Virus record (IMG/VR): IMGVR_UViG_2617270961_000003
Length of the DNA: 4,141 bases
Origin: a virus
Lineage: Duplodnaviria > Heunggongvirae > Uroviricota > Caudoviricetes
Reading direction: 5' to 3' (one strand)
Made by a program: the position numbers and the translations under genes. Shown here piece by piece: positions 1 through 4,141 of the stretch; positions within the stretch are counted from its first letter, which is position 1; each line of letters starts with the position of its first letter. Under the pieces are notes generated by a model that saw only the letters and a program-made list of their open reading frames with translations, searched no databases and was not told the DNA's origin.

Positions 1-118
1 AGACGATGACGTCACTGCCCGGCTGTATGCGCGAGGTTACCGACTGCGGCCTGAGTTTTTTAAGTGACGTAAAATCGTGTTGAGGCCAACGCCCATAATG
101 CGGGCAGTTGCCCGGCAT
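1..118 (-). CDS. insB: IS1 InsB, 5' portion (partial, cut by the window edge; continues at 3746..4141 if the ends are joined)
   Basis: ATG at 118..116 followed by CCG GGC AAC (M-P-G-N), the recalled InsB N-terminus MPGNSPHYG. It is in the -1 frame relative to insA and overlaps the insA 3' end. Confidence 0.75.
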
Positions 119-312
119 CCAACGCCATTCATGGCCATATCAATGATTTTCTGGTGCGTACCGGGTTGAGAAGCGGTGTAAGTGAACTGCAGTTGCCATG
201 TTTTACGGCAGTGAGAGCAGAGATAGCGCTGATGTCCGGCGGTGCTTTTGCCGTTACGCACCACCCCGTCAGTAGCTGAACAGGAGGGACAGCTGATAGA
301 AACAGAAGCCAC
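37..312 (-). CDS. insA: IS1 InsA (transposition inhibitor / N-terminal part of the InsAB' transposase)
   Basis: 91-aa [46 protein letters not shown]... is the IS1 InsA sequence as I recall it, with a zinc-finger-like CxxC...CxxC N-terminus. Confidence 0.95.
55..63 (-). other. IS1 programmed -1 ribosomal frameshift motif (A6C) joining insA to insB'
   Basis: Window 55..63 gttttttaa is the reverse complement of TTAAAAAAC at the 3' end of insA, the known IS1 frameshift site for InsAB' production. Confidence 0.8.
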
Positions 313-344
313 TGGAGCACCTCAAAAACACCATCATACACTAA

Positions 345-367
345 ATCAGTAAGTTGGCAGCATCACC
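345..367 (-). repeat. IS1 terminal inverted repeat (IRL), 23 bp
   Basis: Window 345..367 atcagtaagttggcagcatcacc is the reverse complement of GGTGATGCTGCCAACTTACTGAT. It is an imperfect inverted match to the other terminus at 3731..3753. Confidence 0.9.
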
Positions 368-506
368 TTAAGTTGCATCTCAATTGTTTCTTCAGCGTAA
401 ACAGAGTTTTTATACAAACTGACACTCTGGGTATCATAGTGTAGTTTTTACGATTGTAAATATCCTGCATGCAGGAACTCATCCTTTTGGATGATATCGC
501 ATACAA

Positions 507-1466
507 TTAATTTACCATCAGTCTTAGAGCCAGTTCGTCCGGATAGGGATCGAAGTAATTCTGTGTAAGCAAGTAATCATTAGGATACTCACCCAGATAA
601 TGCTTCAGCAGAGTCAACGGCGCAAGAAGAGGTAATGTGCCAGAACGATAGTTAAGTATAACCTCGCTCAACTCTTTACGCTGGCGTGTACTTAAGTAGT
701 TACTAAAATACCCCTGTATATGCATCAGCACATTCGTGTGATTTTTACGTGATGCAGGTTTTCTGAGAATCGCCATCAGCTTATCACGATACACCTCAAA
801 GTATGATTCAAGGTCCGCCCACTCGTGTATTGCAGCCACAAATGGTCCCATATCTTTATAGCCTGCCTGACTATGCGCCAACAACTGAAGCTTATAACGA
901 CTATGAAAAGCTAATAACTCTCTTCTTGATAATTTCTCCTTGTAAAGGTGATTGAGCTCATGCAAAGCAAAAACTCTTTCAACAAAATTCTCACGAAGCA
1001 CTGGATCATGTAATCGCCCATCCTCTTCAACCGGTAGCCAGGAAAACTTTTCCATCAAAGTGCTCGTAAATAGTCCCACTCCATCTTTACGACCTCGATT
1101 ACCATTTTCATCATAGACACGCACGCGCTCCATGCCACAGCTGGGAGATTTAGCACAAACCACAAACCCCGATACATCCTTTAATTTGTCCATATAAGAA
1201 CGACTAAACTCTGTCATTCTCTCTGTCACATCCTCATTCTGGTCGTGGCTGAAACACATCCGTATATTTCCTTGCGTCGAGCGCACAAGACGTAGAGCAG
1301 GACGCGGAACTGGCAGCCCTATAGCCATTTCCGGACATACTGGTCTGAATGTTACCCATTCCACTAATTTGTCCATTAAAAAGTCAGTTCTTTTGTGACC
1401 ACCATCAAAACGAACAGCAGAACCGGCCAAACAACCGCTGATTCCAATCACAGGTTTTTTTATCAT
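507..1466 (-). CDS. DUF523/DUF1722 fusion protein (TudS-like thio-nucleobase desulfidase-type N-terminal domain, YbgA-like C-terminal domain)
   Basis: 319-aa ORF. The N-terminal third has DUF523/TudS hallmarks: GISGCLAG (Cys12), RPVCPEMAIGLPVPRP (Cys44) and KSPSCG (Cys104, Cys110). The C-terminal half looks like the YbgA/DUF1722-type helical domain. A strong Shine-Dalgarno (GGGGGAG) sits 5 nt upstream of the ATG at 1466. Confidence 0.8.
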   Translation of the reverse strand: MIKKPVIGISGCLAGSAVRFDGGHKRTDFLMDKLVEWVTFRPVCPEMAIGLPVPRPALRLVRSTQGNIRMCFSHDQNEDVTERMTEFSRSYMDKLKDVSGFVVCAKSPSCGMERVRVYDENGNRGRKDGVGLFTSTLMEKFSWLPVEEDGRLHDPVLRENFVERVFALHELNHLYKEKLSRRELLAFHSRYKLQLLAHSQAGYKDMGPFVAAIHEWADLESYFEVYRDKLMAILRKPASRKNHTNVLMHIQGYFSNYLSTRQRKELSEVILNYRSGTLPLLAPLTLLKHYLGEYPNDYLLTQNYFDPYPDELALRLMVN

Positions 1467-1658
1467 ATTCTCCCCCTTGACTAATTCATTAACACATAAA
1501 CTGTGTAGTGCACGGAATAAATTGCCTTTCTGGCGTCATCACTGACAATTTTTCTGTTATGGACTATTCCTAATATAGTATGGAAGTTCTTTAAGTGATC
1601 GGTCGTAATCATCTATCTTTCATACTTACTCTCAACTATCAAAAGTACAGGATTTATT

Positions 1659-2183
1659 ATGAAGTTATGGCCTGTGTTGACTGGCATTGCACTCTCTTTC
1701 ACTCTTATAGCATGTAAGGCCCCGACACCACCTAAAGGTGTGCAGCCGATTACAAATTTTGACGCCAACCGCTACCTCGGAAAATGGTATGAAATAGCTC
1801 GCCTCGAGAACCGGTTCGAACGTGGTCTGGAACAGGTCAGCGCTACTTATGGAAAACGGAACGACGGAGGGATTCGTGTACTTAACCGTGGATACGATCC
1901 AACGAAAAATAAATGGAGCGAGAGCGAAGGTAAAGCATACTTTACTGGAGATACTAAAACTGCAGCATTGAAGGTTTCGTTTTTTGGCCCCTTCTATGGT
2001 GGCTATAATGTAATCAAACTGGATGATGAGTATAAGTATGCTCTTGTCAGTGGTCCGAACAGAGAATACCTATGGATTCTGGCAAGGACCCCAACTATTC
2101 CAGATAAAGTAAAAGCAGACTATGTGCGAACCGCTCAAAAGTTGGGATTCAATGTCAATGAATTATTATGGGTTAAACAATAA
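1659..2183 (+). CDS. blc: Outer-membrane lipoprotein Blc (bacterial lipocalin)
   Basis: 174-aa ORF with a lipoprotein signal peptide and lipobox (LIAC, Cys19). Long collinear similarity to E. coli Blc as recalled (NFDAxRYLGxWYEIAR, FERGLExV, SEGKAYFTG, AALKVSFFGPFYGGYNVI, YLWIL.RTPTI), but clearly divergent from it, roughly two-thirds identity by eye. Confidence 0.9.
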   Translation: MKLWPVLTGIALSFTLIACKAPTPPKGVQPITNFDANRYLGKWYEIARLENRFERGLEQVSATYGKRNDGGIRVLNRGYDPTKNKWSESEGKAYFTGDTKTAALKVSFFGPFYGGYNVIKLDDEYKYALVSGPNREYLWILARTPTIPDKVKADYVRTAQKLGFNVNELLWVKQ

Positions 2184-2211
2184 AATCCCTACCCGAAATA
2201 ATACTTATTAG

Positions 2212-2240
2212 AAAAAAACCAGCCTTTGGGGAGGCTGGCT
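2212..2240 (-). terminator. Rho-independent terminator for minus-strand transcription (candidate tR' of the Q-controlled late unit)
   Basis: On the minus strand: GC-rich stem CCAGCCT / AGGCTGG (2238..2232 and 2225..2219), 6-nt loop CCCCAA, then a T7 run (2218..2212). On the plus strand the hairpin has no following T-tract, so it is unidirectional. Confidence 0.55.
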
Positions 2241-2297
2241 AAATCAGGAAACAAGCTGTTATATGATAATAACTACGTTGCGATTCCAACATTTAAA

Positions 2298-2326
2298 ATG
2301 TTAGACTAATGACAATCAGACAGCAA
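2298..2326 (-). promoter_or_regulatory. Candidate sigma70 promoter immediately downstream of Q (PR'-like late promoter)
   Basis: Minus strand TTGCTG (2326..2321), 17-nt spacer, TAACAT (2303..2298). Position just after the Q stop and before the terminator matches lambdoid PR'/qut architecture. Sequence match to consensus is only moderate. Confidence 0.3.
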
Positions 2327-2338
2327 CTTTTCCTTTAA

Positions 2339-2716
2339 TTATTTCGAACAATCAGCATCCATCTCCAATCGGAGATCCAACACCATCAGCATACCCTCCA
2401 CTACGCCCTCAGCTTTCTGAAGCATCCTGCCAACCCAACAATCAGATCGCCCATGCTTACGTGCAAGCGCCATAAAAGTCATGCCGCCGACATAATAGTC
2501 CACCAATAAATCATGCAAATCGCTGTTGTTCTTTTTCAGACGGGCCATGCACCCGCAAATGATCATCGCGTCATCGTCACAACATTGTGGGCGAGATTTT
2601 ACTTTTGAAGGAATTAATCCCTTAAAACCGGCGGCAATGGACGACCAGGTCACATCTTCATGATTATTAGCCGCCCACGCTCCCCAACGCTCAAGAACCA
2701 TCTGAATATCACGCAT
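2339..2716 (-). CDS. quuD: Phage antitermination protein Q (DLP12 QuuD-like)
   Basis: ORF-track protein contains [35 protein letters not shown]...[16 protein letters not shown] (a Cys-rich zinc-binding motif), matching the DLP12-type Q antiterminator as recalled. I place the start at the first ATG (2716..2714), which has GGAG 7 nt upstream; the track's 2731 start is a TTG and less likely. Confidence 0.8.
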   Translation of the reverse strand: MRDIQMVLERWGAWAANNHEDVTWSSIAAGFKGLIPSKVKSRPQCCDDDAMIICGCMARLKKNNSDLHDLLVDYYVGGMTFMALARKHGRSDCWVGRMLQKAEGVVEGMLMVLDLRLEMDADCSK

Positions 2717-2801
2717 CAACTTACTCCACAAAACTCAGACCAGAACGCCAATTACAAGCAAAAATCAACAAAACAGTATTAGTTGATTGTTATCTCTGAC
2801 T

Positions 2802-2939
2802 TCATACTCCTGCTCCTGTCAGTGTTTTGGCGTAATTCTTCAGTATTCGGTAATCGGTCAAAACAGAACCGGGGAAACGATATAAGCGCAGACGCCCCCA
2901 GCGGTGGCGAAGAAGTTCTGCCATATTAAACTCAAACAT
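2802..2939 (-). CDS. ylcG: Small ORF (45 aa) between rusA and Q, position-equivalent to DLP12 ylcG
   Basis: My own translation: [45 protein letters not shown]. Its ATG (2939..2937) overlaps the rusA stop (TGATG), and GGGG lies about 8 nt upstream. It is below the ORF-track size cutoff. The identification rests on synteny and size from memory. Confidence 0.45.
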   Translation of the reverse strand: MFEFNMAELLRHRWGRLRLYRFPGSVLTDYRILKNYAKTLTGAGV

Positions 2940-3301
2940 CATTCATTCCCCATTTCGGTGATGGTCAGTTCCAGCCTCCCACCTTTGGTAACAGGCATCT
3001 TCACAACGCGGTAATCAACGACCTGAGCATCATCCAGCCAGAAACCTGCTTTAGTGAGTGCGTCAAAAGCGGCTTTTTGCAGATTATCCAGGTCACGGCG
3101 ACGGCGATCCGGCATGTGGCACTCAATGCGGATTTTCACAGGCATAGTCAGGCCGATATCCAGCATTGCGTTTTTAATGATTCGGGCGACGTTATCGCGG
3201 TATGCCTGCCCCTCTGCGCTGACGTGCGTGCGCCCGCGATTATGGCGGTAATAGCGATTATTGCTCGGAGGCCAGGGTAATGTGATGCTGTAGGTATTCA
3301 C
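2939..3301 (-). CDS. rusA: Crossover junction endodeoxyribonuclease RusA (Holliday junction resolvase), lambdoid prophage type
   Basis: 120-aa [40 protein letters not shown]...[10 protein letters not shown], essentially identical to E. coli K-12 DLP12 RusA as recalled. The start codon in this sequence reads GTG and overlaps the upstream ybcO-frame stop (GTGA). Confidence 0.95.
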   Translation of the reverse strand: MNTYSITLPWPPSNNRYYRHNRGRTHVSAEGQAYRDNVARIIKNAMLDIGLTMPVKIRIECHMPDRRRRDLDNLQKAAFDALTKAGFWLDDAQVVDYRVVKMPVTKGGRLELTITEMGNE

Positions 3302-3426
3302 GCCTTAATAACCCCCTCTTTCAGCCAGATAACCTGTGTTCTCGCCATACCTTCCAGCGCGCATTCTTTTGCATATGCAGCATCGACTTGCTTGGCATGC
3401 CCTTTACCGGCAATCTTCTGTATGCG
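3298..3426 (-). pseudogene. ybcO: ybcO-like remnant: only the C-terminal ~42 codons remain open upstream of rusA
   Basis: Minus-strand frame ending at TGA (3300..3298) translates ...[40 protein letters not shown], matching the recalled YbcO C-terminus. The same frame is closed by TAG codons at 3429..3427 and 3435..3433, and no ORF of full YbcO size exists. Confidence 0.5.
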
Positions 3427-3507
3427 CTAAACCTAGATAGAATCCACTCTGTGCACATTGAAGCCCGCTCTATGCTTCCTTTCAGGTATTGAAGGGATTG
3501 AGATGGG

Positions 3508-3744
3508 CTAAGCATTATTGGCCTCCTGCATCAGGAGAAAGACAATCATGGAGGCGCGGAGAGGTCTGGTATCAAATATTGGGCTTACGCCTTTTGCATC
3601 CACACACCATTCAGTTAACTGGTCTAAGATAGAAATCCTGTATTTCTCAATAATCGGCCATGAAGCGCTCGGATCATTGCAGTAGTCAGGCAAATGATTT
3701 AATGGCTCAAAAGTTGTATCAGCATTTCCGGGTAATGACTCCAA
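3508..3744 (-). CDS. Hypothetical 78-aa ORF of unknown family; 5' end lies inside the IS1 terminal repeat (possible IS1-truncated gene or hybrid ORF)
   Basis: ORF-track frame starting at TTG 3744..3742, which is inside the IS1 inverted repeat. It is in the same frame as the ybcO-like remnant but separated from it by amber stops. I recognise no family. Coding status is uncertain. Confidence 0.25.
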   Translation of the reverse strand: MESLPGNADTTFEPLNHLPDYCNDPSASWPIIEKYRISILDQLTEWCVDAKGVSPIFDTRPLRASMIVFLLMQEANNA

Positions 3745-3753
3745 CTTATTGAT
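3731..3753 (-). repeat. IS1 terminal inverted repeat (IRR), 23 bp
   Basis: Window 3731..3753 ggtaatgactccaacttattgat is the IS1 right-end repeat and pairs imperfectly with IRL at 345..367. Confidence 0.9.
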
Positions 3754-4141
3754 AGTGTTTTATGTTCAGATAATGCCCGATGACTTTGTCATGCAGCTCC
3801 ACCGATTTTGAGAACGACAGCGACTTCCGTCCCAGCCGTGCCAGGTGCTGCCTCAGATTCAGGTTATGCCGCTCAATTCGCTGCGTATATCGCTTGCAGA
3901 TTACGTGCAGCTTTCCCTTCAGGCGGGATTCATACAGCGGCCAGCCATCCGTCATCCATATCACCACGTCAAAGGGTGACAGCAGGCTCATAAGACGCCC
4001 CAGCGTCGCCATAGTGCGTTCACCGAATACGTGCGCAACAACCGTCTTCCGGAGCCTGTCATACGCGTAAAACAGCCAGCGCTGGCGCGATTTAGCCCCG
4101 ACATAGCCCCACTGTTCGTCCATTTCCGCGCAGACGATGAC
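3746..4141 (-). CDS. insB: IS1 InsB, 3' portion (partial, 5' end lies beyond the window edge / at 1..118)
   Basis: Track [51 protein letters not shown]...[12 protein letters not shown] matches the C-terminal ~125 aa of IS1 InsB as recalled. The frame stays open to the window end. Confidence 0.9.
   Translation of the reverse strand, partial: VIVCAEMDEQWGYVGAKSRQRWLFYAYDRLRKTVVAHVFGERTMATLGRLMSLLSPFDVVIWMTDGWPLYESRLKGKLHVICKRYTQRIERHNLNLRQHLARLGRKSLSFSKSVELHDKVIGHYLNIKHYQ

Larger units (their letters stand above)
1..367 (-). mobile_element. IS1 insertion sequence, left (IRL-insA) portion; the rest of the same element is at 3731..4141
   Basis: Reverse complement of 1..367 matches the IS1 left end as I recall it, beginning GGTGATGCTGCCAACTTACTGAT at 367 and running through insA. 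The InsA protein is encoded at 37..312. 367 + 411 - 10 (shared end bases) = 768 bp, the known IS1 length. Confidence 0.95.
3731..4141 (-). mobile_element. IS1 insertion sequence, right (insB-IRR) portion; the rest of the same element is at 1..367
   Basis: Reverse complement ends ...CATTATCTGAACATAAAACACTATCAATAAGTTGGAGTCATTACC, the IS1 right end. It encodes the InsB C-terminal region. The last 10 nt of the window equal the first 10 nt. Confidence 0.95.

Noticed and set aside
129-341. 70-aa minus-strand ORF overlapping insA in another frame
   Set aside because: It lies entirely inside IS1 and overlaps the well-established insA frame. IS1 is known to encode only insA and insB'. It is a spurious ORF.
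1467-1658. Specific -35/-10 promoter calls for the divergent blc and DUF523/DUF1722 genes
   Set aside because: Several partial matches exist (for example TGACAA at 1543..1548 and TATAGT at 1574..1579), but spacing is non-canonical (about 25 nt). Divergent promoters probably exist in this AT-rich 192-bp region, but I cannot place them reliably by eye.
2184-2338. tRNA genes, stx-like toxin genes or lysis genes downstream of Q
   Set aside because: The interval is only about 150 bp and contains a promoter-like region and a terminator hairpin. I see no cloverleaf-compatible structure or ORF, so none can be supported.
2731-2731. Extended Q start at 2731 as given in the ORF track (130 aa)
   Set aside because: The codon at 2731..2729 is TTG. 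The first ATG (2716) has a GGAG ribosome-binding site at good spacing and gives the N-terminus MRDIQMV expected for this Q family, so I annotate 2339..2716.
3054-3280. Two plus-strand ORFs (65 and 67 aa, track ORFs 3054..3251 and 3077..3280) antisense to rusA
   Set aside because: They sit fully inside the strongly supported rusA CDS on the opposite strand, have Arg/Ser/Cys-rich low-complexity translations and no recognisable family. They are treated as shadow ORFs.
3321-3515. 64-aa minus-strand ORF between rusA and the IS1 end
   Set aside because: It overlaps the ybcO-like C-terminal frame out of frame, has no ribosome-binding site that I can see and no recognisable family, and its composition (many R, K, S, W) looks like an off-frame reading.
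3780-4070. Two plus-strand ORFs (96 and 61 aa, track ORFs 3780..4070 and 3808..3993) antisense to insB
   Set aside because: They lie inside IS1 opposite the InsB frame and are not part of the known IS1 coding repertoire. They are shadow ORFs.
1-4141. Interpreting the 4.1-kb circular unit as an autonomous plasmid
   Set aside because: No replication initiator, iteron array or recognisable origin is present. The only mobility function is IS1, so an IS1-bracketed or amplified segment or an assembly collapse is more plausible.

Overview
The window is a mosaic mobile region on one IS1 element that is split across the two window ends. Positions 1-367 and 3731-4141 are the two halves of a single 768-bp IS1 (minus strand); the first and last 10 nt of the window are identical (agacgatgac), so the window behaves as a circularly permuted 4131-bp unit made of IS1 plus a 3363-bp segment. 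That segment carries, all on the minus strand, a lambdoid (DLP12-like) prophage fragment: a degraded ybcO-like frame, the rusA Holliday-junction resolvase, a small ylcG-like ORF and a Q antiterminator, followed by a candidate PR'-like promoter and a strong intrinsic terminator. Downstream of that sits non-phage cargo: a blc-like outer-membrane lipocalin lipoprotein (plus strand) and a 319-aa DUF523/DUF1722 fusion protein with a TudS-like cysteine set (minus strand). I see no rRNA, tRNA or CRISPR. All protein identifications are from recalled family sequences and motifs, not from a database search. The points most worth follow-up are the IS1 sitting co-directionally upstream of the normally cryptic rusA, the circular/IS1-bracketed topology without a target-site duplication, and the lipocalin plus Fe-S-type DUF523/DUF1722 cargo in the moron position downstream of Q.
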